In this document: piece after piece, positions 1 to 9,320 of the stretch | Numbering within the stretch: position 1 is the first letter of the stretch | Layout: each line of letters opens with the position of its first letter | Origin: a virus | IMG/VR virus record: IMGVR_UViG_3300022602_001838 | Coordinates: 17,548 to 81,547 of that record | Direction: 5' to 3' (one strand) | Length of the DNA stretch: 64,000 nucleotides | The notes under the pieces: model-generated | Told to the model about the DNA's origin: nothing | The model's database searches: none | Seen by the model: the letters and a program-made list of their open reading frames with translations, nothing else | Translations under genes and position numbers: made by a program

Positions 1-473
1 TTTTCAGTAGCGTTTTGCATCAAGTGATCGTAGACTTCTTCCATACTCCAGCCCTTGTATTTTTGATCATACAAGCCCACTGGAATCTTTTCACCCAAAC
101 GCTGATCAACCAAGTCATTGTTCACGCAGTAGTCTGCGGCAATGTTACTGACTTTGGGATCACGATCAACACGGCGACCCATGTGATCATAGACAACGTG
201 CAACACTTCGTGACCAAACAAGAACTCAATCTGCTTGATCGGCATCTTGTTGATAAATTCTGAGTTGTAATAAAAATGGCGACCGTCAGTGGCAGCAGTA
301 CCACACCATTCGTCGGCGTTAACCAACTTCAAACGAGTAGCCAAGTTGCCGAAAAATGGCGCACGGAGTAACAGACCGATACGAGCAGTGACGAGTTTAT
401 CACGTGCGGCTGCATCGACTTGGGGGTTAGTTACTGTTGCGGCTTTTGTTTTTTCTGCGAGAGTGTTAGACAT
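1..473 (-). CDS. DUF2201/vWA-associated metallopeptidase, N-terminal part (runs off the window)
   Basis: Not in ORF track. ATG at 473 after AGGAG; reads MSNTLAEK...PFFGNLATRL...TAATDG...FLFGHEVLHVVYDH...NIAADY (HExxH); close to a MoxR ATPase. Confidence 0.8.
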   Translation of the reverse strand, partial: MSNTLAEKTKAATVTNPQVDAAARDKLVTARIGLLLRAPFFGNLATRLKLVNADEWCGTAATDGRHFYYNSEFINKMPIKQIEFLFGHEVLHVVYDHMGRRVDRDPKVSNIAADYCVNNDLVDQRLGEKIPVGLYDQKYKGWSMEEVYDHLMQNATE

Positions 474-494
474 TTCTGCTCCTGTTGAGTCTCT

Positions 495-523
495 ATTATA
501 GCATAGAGTTGAAAATTTTGCAA
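495..523 (-). promoter_or_regulatory. sigma70-type early promoter
   Basis: TTGCAA-17 nt-TATAAT with extended -10 TG. Confidence 0.7.
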
Positions 524-540
524 ATTCGAAAATGTAATAC

Positions 541-834
541 TCAAGTATTCATCCACTTGAGCGAAAAATATGTTAGTAGTTCATCTTTTAGATAGATGTA
601 GTATTTACGATCATCTTTGTGCCAAGCCCATTTTGGGTTAAAACCATCCAACTTGTCCATAACTTCGTGATACTGTATTGCCCAGAAGGTATCACGATCA
701 ATACCCGGACCATAGTTTTCCCAACACCAGTTGCGAATCTGTATATACACAGCAATGTCACTAGTCCCAAGTCTAACACGGTGACTGAAAAAAGTGCTTA
801 GTGCGTGTCTACCGTCAAGTTTTTCTAGTTGCAT
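541..834 (-). CDS. hypothetical phage protein
   Basis: 97 aa ORF filling the gap between neighbours; ends YFSLKW. Confidence 0.6.
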   Translation of the reverse strand: MQLEKLDGRHALSTFFSHRVRLGTSDIAVYIQIRNWCWENYGPGIDRDTFWAIQYHEVMDKLDGFNPKWAWHKDDRKYYIYLKDELLTYFSLKWMNT

Positions 835-837
835 AGT

Positions 838-869
838 AAAAAAGGGGACTTACAGATTTCTCTAGCCCC
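838..869 (-). terminator. possible intrinsic terminator after MoxR gene
   Basis: GGGGCU..AGA-GAAA-UCU..AGUCCCC followed by U6. Confidence 0.45.
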
Positions 870-895
870 AATGTTCAACCTAAGGAGATAACCGA

Positions 896-1996
896 TTACT
901 TACCGCTTGCGGCGATAATGTACTTGCCGAAGCGTTTGTGGAACTCGTCAAAGTGAGCCATCTTACCTGGCACCATTGGCAAGCTGTAAGTTGTCAGAGC
1001 AACACGAGCACCCATAACAGTCAACTCTGTGGAGAAGTTGTTCATCATGAATGATAAGAAGTTGTCTGCCTGTTTGTGGAAGTCAGCAATCTTGTCCTTG
1101 CCCAACTTTTTGTATTGCTCTTGCAATTCGTAGCACATACTGATAGTCAATGAGTACATAGCACTCACTTCTTTGACTTTCAACTCAGTGACTTTGCCTT
1201 GCAACACATCAGAGGGGTTAGGCATTTGACCTGCAACTTTGCGGTGAGCCATAAAGCTCAGAGCAAGACCTTCACCAATAGTACCTGACACCAAGTCACG
1301 CAACTCGTCATCACTCATACCGTCTTGTTTCAAGAACTGCGACACGAACGACCAGCTACGAGGAGTAGCAAACGCACGACTTGCACTTTTTGGATCAAAG
1401 TCAAACAAACTGTGTTTTGCGAAACCAATGTAACCAACAACGTCTTGGTGAACTTGATTGTTCACAGCCCATTGGAACCAGCTGTCAAAGTCAGGACGAA
1501 CTTCCAAGTGAACAAAACGATTAGCCAGTGGGCTAGCCATACGATATGTCACACCTTTGTCAGACTCACGGTTACCAGCAGCAACCACAACCACGTTGTC
1601 GGGCAACTGATATTTGCCAACACGGCGGTCCAAGACTAGTTGATAAGCAGCAGCCTGCACAGCGGGAGCCGCAGAGTTCATTTCGTCCAAGAACAATACA
1701 ACGATGGGATACTGAGCACAGGTTTCAGCATCTGGCAAATCGATTGGGGGAGCCCAGTCCATTTTGCCTGTGTCACGATTGAAGTATGGAATACCTTTAA
1801 TGTCAGTTGGCTCCATTTGTGACAAACGGACGTCATAGCAGACGCCATCAAGTTCTTGTGTCAGACCCTTGATAACGTCAGACTTGCCGACGCCTGGAGG
1901 ACCCCACAGAAAAACGGGGCGTTTCGTATTGAAACAGGCTTTGATACGATTACGGGCTTCACTCGGGGTGACGGTGCGAGACTCAGTTACTGCCAT
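896..1996 (-). CDS. MoxR-like AAA+ ATPase
   Basis: Walker A GPPGVGKS, Walker B LFLDE, AAGN, PLANRF; SD AAGGAG. Confidence 0.85.
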   Translation of the reverse strand: MAVTESRTVTPSEARNRIKACFNTKRPVFLWGPPGVGKSDVIKGLTQELDGVCYDVRLSQMEPTDIKGIPYFNRDTGKMDWAPPIDLPDAETCAQYPIVVLFLDEMNSAAPAVQAAAYQLVLDRRVGKYQLPDNVVVVAAGNRESDKGVTYRMASPLANRFVHLEVRPDFDSWFQWAVNNQVHQDVVGYIGFAKHSLFDFDPKSASRAFATPRSWSFVSQFLKQDGMSDDELRDLVSGTIGEGLALSFMAHRKVAGQMPNPSDVLQGKVTELKVKEVSAMYSLTISMCYELQEQYKKLGKDKIADFHKQADNFLSFMMNNFSTELTVMGARVALTTYSLPMVPGKMAHFDEFHKRFGKYIIAASGK

Positions 1997-2097
1997 TTAG
2001 ATACTCCTTGTTGAATGACATTTTTAACATTGAAACTGTATTATACAGACTTTTTATGATCTGTCTGTAGTTTTTATGCAACAAACAGAAAATATTT

Positions 2098-2382
2098 TTA
2101 TGCCGCCTCCAGCATATTAGCTGGAACGCGCCAAGTAAGATGACTCTTGCCATTTTCTGACACGAGAATGAATTTGCGGTTGACTTTTTTCACAGTGCCC
2201 AAGACGATTTTGTTATCACGGGTACTAGTAAAACGAACTTGGCTACCGATGACCAAGCTGCCTGTATTTTTATGAACCAGTTGACTGCGGGCAAATTTCA
2301 GCGCATTGTAGATGGAATCCAGATCAGTATTAGAAAACTGACCAGAAATGATCGCTGAGTTAACTTCTTGAAGTGTAGTCAT
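2098..2382 (-). CDS. small hypothetical protein (possible SH3/KOW-like C-terminus)
   Basis: Likely start MTTLQE at 2382 after AGGAAG; TATAAT at 2414-2419. Confidence 0.6.
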   Translation of the reverse strand: MTTLQEVNSAIISGQFSNTDLDSIYNALKFARSQLVHKNTGSLVIGSQVRFTSTRDNKIVLGTVKKVNRKFILVSENGKSHLTWRVPANMLEAA

Positions 2383-2445
2383 TTTGCTTCCTGTTTCGTT
2401 TAACAATATATGTATTATACAGCCGTTTTTCAAAATCACCAAACG

Positions 2446-2480
2446 CAAAAAGAAAAACCGTTGCATTTCTACAACGGCTT
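2446..2480 (-). terminator. intrinsic terminator (also an 18-bp palindrome)
   Basis: AAGCCGUUGUA-GAAA-UGCAACGGUUU then a U-rich tail. Confidence 0.6.
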
Positions 2481-2501
2481 AAAAATGAATACTTTTGTTT
2501 G

Positions 2502-3467
2502 TCAGTCTAGTAAATGGTCTATGTTGATGGGCTTCAACTTGTCAGTAGTTGATACAACTACTGGCTCAATGAATCGCTGATCCATCTTTTCAAACATTTT
2601 TGGATCTCGCTCAATCAGAATGGCCCTACGATTCAGTGCCTGACAGGCAAGCCCAGCTGACCCACTTCCAGCAAAAGTGTCCAGAATCAAATCACCATCA
2701 TTGGACAAGAGTTCGATAAAGTAACGCAAAACTTCTTGTGGCTTTTCAGTTGGGTGAATTTTGTTCTTGCCAAGACCGCCGCTGTACGTGATGGTATTTG
2801 GAACTACACACTCGATAAGCCCATTGGACTGTTTTCTTGAATTGAACACTGTTTCGTATTCTTTTCTGGCACGTTCAAATACCTCAGTCAAGTTATCAGT
2901 TGACTTGCTGTCCTTGATTGCTTTGTACAAGATACTGCTGGCTTTGTCGGCTGAGGCATATCGCTCAACCATACTGTCAATCTTTGCGTTGGCGTGAAAT
3001 GTACGCTTACCCCCGGGCTTGATACCAAACAACACATACTCACACCCGCTCACAGGATTTACTTGACGATTGAATGGCACGGCAGCTGGCTTCTTCCAAG
3101 TCCACACACGCTTGGGTTCAAACCCAACTCGCTCCATTGACTTCCACAGATAAGATACATACTGGTCAGAGATAAAGACTGCAAACGCTCCGCCCTTACG
3201 AACTTTTTTGAACCACAGAGCAGACCAGCTGTCAATCTGCTTTAAGAAGTCATTGTGTTCTACTGAATCCCAATCCTGCTCAAAACTTTCGCTGAATCTT
3301 TGATTGTGAATAGTAGTTTTATTCTCACCAGTTTCTTTGTCGATCCACACTGGCTTGGCGCCATCTTCACTGATATTATATGGTGGGTCAGTAAGCAACA
3401 GGTCAACGCTGTTGTCGGCAATCAACTGATCCTGTTCGAGCATATCGCCCTGTATTCTGGTAATCAT
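2502..3467 (-). CDS. DNA methyltransferase, N6-adenine/N4-cytosine (beta class)
   Basis: TDPPY catalytic motif precedes HPTEKP and DTFAGSG SAM motif. Confidence 0.88.
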   Translation of the reverse strand: MITRIQGDMLEQDQLIADNSVDLLLTDPPYNISEDGAKPVWIDKETGENKTTIHNQRFSESFEQDWDSVEHNDFLKQIDSWSALWFKKVRKGGAFAVFISDQYVSYLWKSMERVGFEPKRVWTWKKPAAVPFNRQVNPVSGCEYVLFGIKPGGKRTFHANAKIDSMVERYASADKASSILYKAIKDSKSTDNLTEVFERARKEYETVFNSRKQSNGLIECVVPNTITYSGGLGKNKIHPTEKPQEVLRYFIELLSNDGDLILDTFAGSGSAGLACQALNRRAILIERDPKMFEKMDQRFIEPVVVSTTDKLKPINIDHLLD

Positions 3468-3632
3468 TTATTCTCCGTAGTCTGCACTGTCTTCTTGTTC
3501 TTGCCTGAATGCCTCTGCTTGTTCAAGCGTATCAAATGGATCACTTTGGAAAGCACACTGACCCCAGGGTCCGTTGAAGTAAACATAATACTTGCGTTCT
3601 TGATCATCAAAACGAATTTTCAGTTCATCCAT
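3468..3632 (-). CDS. small hypothetical protein (54 aa)
   Basis: Below ORF-track cutoff; MDELKIRFDDQERKYY...; SD AAGGAG; stop abuts MTase ATG. Confidence 0.65.
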   Translation of the reverse strand: MDELKIRFDDQERKYYVYFNGPWGQCAFQSDPFDTLEQAEAFRQEQEDSADYGE

Positions 3633-3654
3633 ACAATGCTCCTTTAAGTTCAGT

Positions 3655-3683
3655 ATTATACATTAGCACTGATTAAATGTAAA
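3655..3683 (-). promoter_or_regulatory. sigma70-type early promoter
   Basis: TTTACA-17-TATAAT. Confidence 0.7.
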
Positions 3684-3696
3684 GTAGAAAAAAGTA

Positions 3697-4068
3697 TTAA
3701 TTATTTTCTTGCAGATTGTCCAAATACGTACCCAAGTTGCCAGCGTGTAGAGCCAGCATTATGGCATCTTGCTCACTGTGTACCCATAATTCTTTTAGGT
3801 CTTTGATGTAGTATGGCTGTGTTAACAGTCGCTCTAACTGTAACAACATTTTGGGGGTGATGGGTCTATCAAGACCTACAAGGTGTAAATCGAAGTCTGT
3901 TTTCTTTGCTAACCACATAGCGCCAACTTTGCTTAGGCGCATACTTGTGGGCTTGGTGGGATTAAAGAACCACTGATATCTGTCCCAGGTACTGGTCGGC
4001 GCATTTGGGATAGTGGCCCATTCTATGACCCATTGGTCTTGTGTCTTATGCTCTGTAGATTGTGTCAC
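3697..4068 (-). CDS. hypothetical phage protein
   Basis: 123 aa ORF overlapping the upstream gene. Confidence 0.6.
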   Translation of the reverse strand: MTQSTEHKTQDQWVIEWATIPNAPTSTWDRYQWFFNPTKPTSMRLSKVGAMWLAKKTDFDLHLVGLDRPITPKMLLQLERLLTQPYYIKDLKELWVHSEQDAIMLALHAGNLGTYLDNLQENN

Positions 4069-4336
4069 CTTGCTTCAACAAGACCACTGTAAATTTATCT
4101 GTCTTGAAAGTGTTGTTCATCTTTTTGCACAGATTGATAGCGTGTCCGCTATTGCTAAATGAAACCTTTTTGTATTTAGGTCCCGGATAGTGAACTAGGG
4201 TATGGAATGTTTTAAGATTAATAGGTTGGTTGTCGTAGAACACTGCCCATATGCCTTCGCTGGCTAGCACTTGATCGCTCTTATATGTAGTTTTGTTAAC
4301 GTGTTCTAATAGAACCGTTGGCTTTGGTCTTGACAT
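4046..4336 (-). CDS. hypothetical phage protein
   Basis: Likely start MSRPKP at 4336 (SD AAGGA); TATAAATA just upstream. Confidence 0.65.
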   Translation of the reverse strand: MSRPKPTVLLEHVNKTTYKSDQVLASEGIWAVFYDNQPINLKTFHTLVHYPGPKYKKVSFSNSGHAINLCKKMNNTFKTDKFTVVLLKQGDTIYRA

Positions 4337-4381
4337 ACTCTTTCCTTGACTATAGTTATTTATATTCAATAACTACGCACA

Positions 4382-4606
4382 TTATTTAAAACTGCCCCCA
4401 TCCATCCCCATTTGGGCAACCTGCGCAACAGGTTCTGGTTGATCGCTGAGTTCTGCTATATGTGTTAATAAGGCAAAGATATCGTTGTGAAGATTTCTTG
4501 CCTCTTGTGCAGACAGTACCAACTGCTTGCTTTGTGTTTGATTCATAACACGCACTTTGTCGTTAAACATACGCACGTGCAAACTTAGTTTATTGATTTC
4601 GATCAT
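4382..4606 (-). CDS. hypothetical protein
   Basis: 74 aa ORF in tightly packed run. Confidence 0.55.
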   Translation of the reverse strand: MIEINKLSLHVRMFNDKVRVMNQTQSKQLVLSAQEARNLHNDIFALLTHIAELSDQPEPVAQVAQMGMDGGSFK

Positions 4607-5057
4607 CTACTTCTCGTTCAGCGGCTTCTTGCGTTGCAAAAGGTCCACAGTATTCGTAACGATTCAACATAATGAGTTTTGGACAGTATTGCAAACTCCA
4701 ATCATCATCAAGTTTTACTGCGTAGTATCCAGCGCCGAAATAGCTCTTGCTCATACGAGTTTTGGTATAGATTGGCAAGTAACGTTGGACATCAAACAGT
4801 GCATTGAAGTGTTTACCGCCTGTGGGGAATCCATAGATGTTATCTTCAACTGTGACTTTCTTGCGTTCGGCTTTGGCAAATACAATGTTGTATTTGGAAC
4901 TCAGCATTTTGATACTGGGAAAGTATTCCCGCTGATAGTCATGCACATAAGCATATCCACCATCTTCATCAATTGCCTGAATTGTAGCGCATTGCTGTCC
5001 ATCACGCTCGACAATCCAGAACTTATCTTTAACTATGGGTTTTGCGATGGTGTTCAT
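4590..5057 (-). CDS. hypothetical phage protein
   Basis: 155 aa; ATGA overlap with upstream gene. Confidence 0.6.
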   Translation of the reverse strand: MNTIAKPIVKDKFWIVERDGQQCATIQAIDEDGGYAYVHDYQREYFPSIKMLSSKYNIVFAKAERKKVTVEDNIYGFPTGGKHFNALFDVQRYLPIYTKTRMSKSYFGAGYYAVKLDDDWSLQYCPKLIMLNRYEYCGPFATQEAAEREVDDRNQ

Positions 5058-5392
5058 TTTTGTAGTTGGCTCATTGTAATAATTTTGCCCAACTCTTTAT
5101 CGAAGTCAGCATCCTCGTGAATCAGATACAGCTTGGGTATTGGGCCAGACTGGATGCTGATGATATAGCCACCGTTGGCATGTGTGATGCGTATTGTAAT
5201 ATCACTGTTGATATAAACGTTGGGTTCTTGTGCGCCTATGCTATATAAACTACTTGCGTTGCCTAGTGCTATGCCCGCACTTGCGTATTGTCCTGCTATT
5301 GCCGTCATTGCTTTGTTTTCCTCTTTGTCAAATAAGATGCGTCCACCAGATAACCAGTTGGCCAGACGCAGGCGTGATTTTTTGAACATCAT
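5054..5392 (-). CDS. hypothetical protein, paralog of 5389-5685
   Basis: Shared A.GG.I...K.Y.I...G.I..M..L pattern. Confidence 0.6.
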   Translation of the reverse strand: MMFKKSRLRLANWLSGGRILFDKEENKAMTAIAGQYASAGIALGNASSLYSIGAQEPNVYINSDITIRITHANGGYIISIQSGPIPKLYLIHEDADFDKELGKIITMSQLQK

Positions 5393-5685
5393 TGTTTCAA
5401 TAACTCCATGGCAACAATTTGTCCAATGCGATGAGCAATGTCTTGTTCGGTGTCGGGGATCACATAAGTTTTGTTGTTGCTTTCGTCCCGGCGACGATCG
5501 TATGTACGCATCTGTACAATGGTTCCGCCCTCGGCCGGCATCACTATGAATCGCATACCGTCAATGTCTGCTTCTTCGCCGACTCGTACTTTACCTGATG
5601 CCACTGTTGTAGCGTAGATCTCGTTTTCACGTTTTGGATAGTCTTGGACCCATGCCATAAAGCGGTATAGAGTGCGTCTAATCAT
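5389..5685 (-). CDS. hypothetical protein, paralog of 5054-5392
   Basis: ATGA overlaps on both sides; shared C-terminal pattern. Confidence 0.6.
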   Translation of the reverse strand: MIRRTLYRFMAWVQDYPKRENEIYATTVASGKVRVGEEADIDGMRFIVMPAEGGTIVQMRTYDRRRDESNNKTYVIPDTEQDIAHRIGQIVAMELLKQ

Positions 5686-6038
5686 TTTTGTTCCTTGGTT
5701 TCTTCTTCTAGGGTGAGCGCCTTCATAATCTCAAGACGCTCGTATGCGTCTCTAAGGCCAGGATGTTGGTCCATTCTAGCCTTGAGTTCTAGTTCTTCAG
5801 CACGCCGTTGTTTGGCCCAATCTAGCAGACTTTCGGCCTCCTGGCTAAGTCCAACACCAGCATAGCCCATATTCAATGTAACCCAACTAGCTCCATCGTA
5901 GACTTCCATATTTTGATTGCCGGTATTGTAGCGCACATTACCTACACCTTGAAGTCCACTGTAGCCATTTACGTAAGTGCTTGCCTGGCCACCTGTGATG
6001 TGTATATAACGCCCAATTGGGTTTATATCTCTAATCAT
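5682..6038 (-). CDS. hypothetical phage protein
   Basis: 118 aa; G.VRYN...MEVYDG.SW motif; coupled overlaps. Confidence 0.6.
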   Translation of the reverse strand: MIRDINPIGRYIHITGGQASTYVNGYSGLQGVGNVRYNTGNQNMEVYDGASWVTLNMGYAGVGLSQEAESLLDWAKQRRAEELELKARMDQHPGLRDAYERLEIMKALTLEEETKEQK

Positions 6039-6241
6039 TCGCCATCGGACTCCGCAGCCGCCTGGCGCGCCACTTCCTCGTCAATCTTGGCCTGTAGCAC
6101 TTGTGTTATAAGCTGATTGAGAGTGATGTCTTTTTCATGTGCCATCAGCATGAGTTGATACAGTTCTTCCTTAGGAAGATTGAGTTCAATCTCGCTGTAG
6201 CCGTCTAGTGATTCTTCAAAGTCTTCATGTTGTGTAGTCAT
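6035..6241 (-). CDS. small ribbon-helix-helix-like protein
   Basis: LNLPKEELYQL...AHEKDITLNQLI pattern. Confidence 0.45.
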   Translation of the reverse strand: MTTQHEDFEESLDGYSEIELNLPKEELYQLMLMAHEKDITLNQLITQVLQAKIDEEVARQAAAESDGE

Positions 6242-7236
6242 AGTTTAGTCTCCGGGTAAGGTGCTGCCAAGCAGTCAACATATTGTTGTGGGCTTTCGCT
6301 GATTTTCTTCAAGTCATACTTGCCGCAGAACTTCAAGAATTTAGAACCAATTTGTGGCACAGATTTGACCACGCTGCCTTCTGCAATGGTAGTGGCTATT
6401 TTGACTTTGACTTCATCTGGCTGAGCAGTGAGGTCAACGAGTGTGACATTGCGGTTGTAGTCATCCAATACTCGATGCTCAACCCCGTTGTGGTCAACCC
6501 ACTTCTGCAACATAAGATTGTTCCAAGAATATCCTTTGCTATCCCTATCGGCAAAGGCTTCTTCCAGACCCGTCTTATTCTTAGTGCCCTTGGTTCTAAC
6601 TCCAGGATATGCGGAGAAGACATTATCACTAGCATCTCCACGCATACATTTCTCAAAGAGTATCCACTTGGGCTCGGGAATTTTCTTGGGTTCTTTGGTT
6701 TTCTTATCAACGACTTGCTTGCCTTTTTTGTCAAAAATACCTTGCAGAGTGTGCAATTCTTCATTGACGCCATTGTACTGAACAACATTAGTGGCCAGTA
6801 ACTGATGGAAGTCTGAATCTGTGCTGATGATAACGTGCTCGTCTTGTGGATGTGCCTGAATCCAACCAGCAATCAAATCATCTGCTTCTAAGTTTTCGTG
6901 TCGGAGCACTGTACAGTTTGTGCTTTCTTTGAGGAAAGTTTTAAGTGCATCAAATGCTTCCCAAAACAAACGATCCTCTTCTTGTTCTTTTTCAGTCAAT
7001 GATGCAGTTTTAACTGCACGATTCTTTTTGTATGGCTCATAGAAGTCCTTGCGCCAGCTACGACCTTCTAGGCAGATCACAACGTGGTCTGCTTTGTGAT
7101 TACGAAACGCACTAGAAATGCTACTCAAGGTAACGTGGATAGCAAATCCAAGTTTGTCCCACATTTCTGCCTGACGATGTGCGCTGTGCCGAGCACGAAA
7201 GAATGTGTTTGCAGTATCAACAATTAGGTATTTCAT
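6238..7236 (-). CDS. rnh: T4-type RNase H / 5'-3' exonuclease
   Basis: LIVD, YKKNR, EADD, STDSDFHQL, GDASDN acidic motifs of the FEN/5' nuclease family. Confidence 0.88.
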   Translation of the reverse strand: MKYLIVDTANTFFRARHSAHRQAEMWDKLGFAIHVTLSSISSAFRNHKADHVVICLEGRSWRKDFYEPYKKNRAVKTASLTEKEQEEDRLFWEAFDALKTFLKESTNCTVLRHENLEADDLIAGWIQAHPQDEHVIISTDSDFHQLLATNVVQYNGVNEELHTLQGIFDKKGKQVVDKKTKEPKKIPEPKWILFEKCMRGDASDNVFSAYPGVRTKGTKNKTGLEEAFADRDSKGYSWNNLMLQKWVDHNGVEHRVLDDYNRNVTLVDLTAQPDEVKVKIATTIAEGSVVKSVPQIGSKFLKFCGKYDLKKISESPQQYVDCLAAPYPETKL

Positions 7237-7243
7237 AGTTGAT

Positions 7244-7272
7244 ATTATACTAGCAGTTTATTTTTTAGTCAA
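7244..7272 (-). promoter_or_regulatory. sigma70-type promoter, probably leaderless rnh mRNA
   Basis: TTGACT-17-TATAAT, ATG 7 nt downstream, no SD. Confidence 0.75.
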
Positions 7273-7962
7273 GTAATATTGCACAATTTGGTCGTACAGA
7301 TAATCGGCCCAAGCTGCGTGTGCGTCTGCCCCAAAATGATAACTATTTTGTTTTACAGTTTTAAAACCCTGTGCCAAACACCAATTGTAATACGTTAGTT
7401 CTCTGTTGTATGGATCAAGATAGCAGTTGTTCCAATCCAAGTGTTCTACATTGGCAAACGGTTCATAGCAGGTAAAGAAGTAGTGATTGATGCCATGCTT
7501 TTCCAAGAACTGGTGAAAGTTGTGTATGGCTCTGTGCTCTTTGTTTATGTGTGTTTGATAGTCTAAGTTTACTATCCATTTTCGGTAACGATCTTTGATT
7601 TCATCAGGCCAATCTTCACCAACTCCACCTGCATTGACCTGATAGTAGCTGTCCTTGTGGAACCATTCTTCACGCTCCCAAGTTGACCATCCAATCACAA
7701 TCAAGTCTGGACGAACCTGATTTAATATAAAGTCTTCTGTGGTGCGAACTATGCGTGTGTTACTGGCGGCACTTTCGGCATCACAATGTAGCGTAGCACC
7801 TAGTCTGTCTGCTAGTCTTTGTCCCCAGCTTACAGCAAGATTGTCAGGATGTGGCGCACGACCATATGCCCACAACTTGGGATCATCTTGTGCAAAACAA
7901 TAATCGTTTACTGCTTCGCCTGCGGCAGTATGACTATCACCGTTGACGTATAAAATTGTCAT
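7258..7962 (-). CDS. SGNH/GDSL-like hydrolase
   Basis: Start [11 protein letters not shown] at 7962; SN motif; C-terminal YHFGADAH. Confidence 0.6.
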   Translation of the reverse strand: MTILYVNGDSHTAAGEAVNDYCFAQDDPKLWAYGRAPHPDNLAVSWGQRLADRLGATLHCDAESAASNTRIVRTTEDFILNQVRPDLIVIGWSTWEREEWFHKDSYYQVNAGGVGEDWPDEIKDRYRKWIVNLDYQTHINKEHRAIHNFHQFLEKHGINHYFFTCYEPFANVEHLDWNNCYLDPYNRELTYYNWCLAQGFKTVKQNSYHFGADAHAAWADYLYDQIVQYYLTKK

Positions 7963-7968
7963 AATTAG

Positions 7969-8038
7969 TATAAATAAAAGTGCCGATCGCGGATTCCCCA
8001 ACCCCATCGGCTCTAACAGTTGTAAAGGAACTATCAGC
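7969..8038 (+). promoter_or_regulatory. T4-late-type promoter plus structured leader of homing endonuclease gene
   Basis: TATAAATA 7969-7976; GCCGAT..ATCGGC stem; AGTT..AAGG-AACT stem over the SD. Confidence 0.6.
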
Positions 8039-8575
8039 ATGAATATTTATTATGTATATGCCTACATCAGAGAAGATGGCACCCCATACTATATTGGAAA
8101 AGGTACTGGAAAACGAGCGTGGGTTCATTGCAATAACGATGTTATCCACCCGCCCAAGGACACAATGAGAATTGTAATTCTTGAAAATAATCTAACAAAT
8201 CTTGGGGCACTTGCCCTTGAGCGTAGAATGATTCGTTGGTATGGTAGAAAAGATTTGGGCACTGGGATTCTACATAACAGGACTGATGGTGGCGAAGGTG
8301 GGCAAGGATATAAACCAAAACCATTTACCGAAGAACACAAGAAAAATATGAGCAAGGCATGGGAAAAGAGAAGATTGACTCCTATATCTGAAAAAACTCG
8401 TGCCAAATTAAGTGCTAAACGCAAAGGTAGGACCTCTCCAAATAAAGGGTTATTAGTTGGCTACAATAAAGGTAAACGTTTAAAAACATTTAAATGTATA
8501 CATTGCGAAGTTGAAACTACCAATGGAAATTTGCAACGATGGCACAATGATAATTGCAAGAAGAAAAGTTCATAA
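8039..8575 (+). mobile_element. free-standing GIY-YIG homing endonuclease with NUMOD3-like repeats
   Basis: YYVYAY...[25 protein letters not shown] / TRAKLSAK repeats, C-terminal CxxC; opposite strand to neighbours. Confidence 0.82.
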
Positions 8576-8768
8576 TTTCAATTGTATAAACGTTGCCATC
8601 TTGGGGTCATCGAATCTTACAATGGCTTTGATATCCCTTATAAGCAGGTCTAACATCCCACCCTTCACCGCCTATGCGATTGTGTAGAACGAACTTTCGT
8701 GGGCCGACATACTTTTCTAATTGGTCAGCCATCCAGCGAAACCCACAATCAAATTCAACTTCGACCAT
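8570..8768 (-). pseudogene. small ORF with apparent +1 frameshift
   Basis: MVEVEFDCGF...AYK stops after 53 aa; removing one G in AAGGGA gives DIKAIVRFDDPKMATFIQLKL-stop. Confidence 0.4.
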
Positions 8769-9078
8769 TTTCTTTTACTAATGCCATAACTACTTGAAGA
8801 CGCTCAAACACATCTGCTACCGCGGGATGATCGTGATATCTTGCTGCATCGTCCAAAAGAGCCTTTAATGCAGTATACCTAGCAAAGTCACTGATTAGAG
8901 GGAACAGATAAGTTTTACCATCGGTCTTGAGTATTGTAGTTTTCTCTGTCGGGGCAGCTACCTTAATGGTAACATGAGATCCTGCTGGCGGAGGAGTAGT
9001 AAACATAATAGTGCCCTCACCAGCGACATAGTTAATGCCAGGCACCTGTACTACACCATTTACAAAAACGCTTAACAT
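8755..9078 (-). CDS. hypothetical protein with virion-like beta motif
   Basis: VFVNGVVQVPG.NY...I.F..PP.AG..V.I motif, typical of tail/baseplate repeats. Confidence 0.5.
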   Translation of the reverse strand: MLSVFVNGVVQVPGINYVAGEGTIMFTTPPPAGSHVTIKVAAPTEKTTILKTDGKTYLFPLISDFARYTALKALLDDAARYHDHPAVADVFERLQVVMALVKENGRS

Positions 9079-9320
9079 TCTCTATATGCCGGGTTAGGAA
9101 ATTCAAGTTCAAACACGAAGAACTTATTTCCATCTGTGTCTCTGAGAGTTTCTAATGTGCGATTCTGTTCCGCTTCACTCTGTGTCAAATAAAATCCTGA
9201 CCCAATATACGCTGCACCAGCGGCAGCAGCGCCAGTGGTGCTAAAGTTCAGATTTGTCTTTGTTGACATTCTGACTAACTGAAAGACCCGCATGGTCTTG
9301 GGTATTGGTAGAGACTCCAT
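9072..9320 (-). CDS. hypothetical protein
   Basis: 82 aa; TAATG coupling. Confidence 0.55.
   Translation of the reverse strand: MESLPIPKTMRVFQLVRMSTKTNLNFSTTGAAAAGAAYIGSGFYLTQSEAEQNRTLETLRDTDGNKFFVFELEFPNPAYREC

Noticed and set aside
2502-3467. Restriction-modification system
   Set aside because: No adjacent restriction nuclease recognised; an orphan phage methyltransferase is more likely
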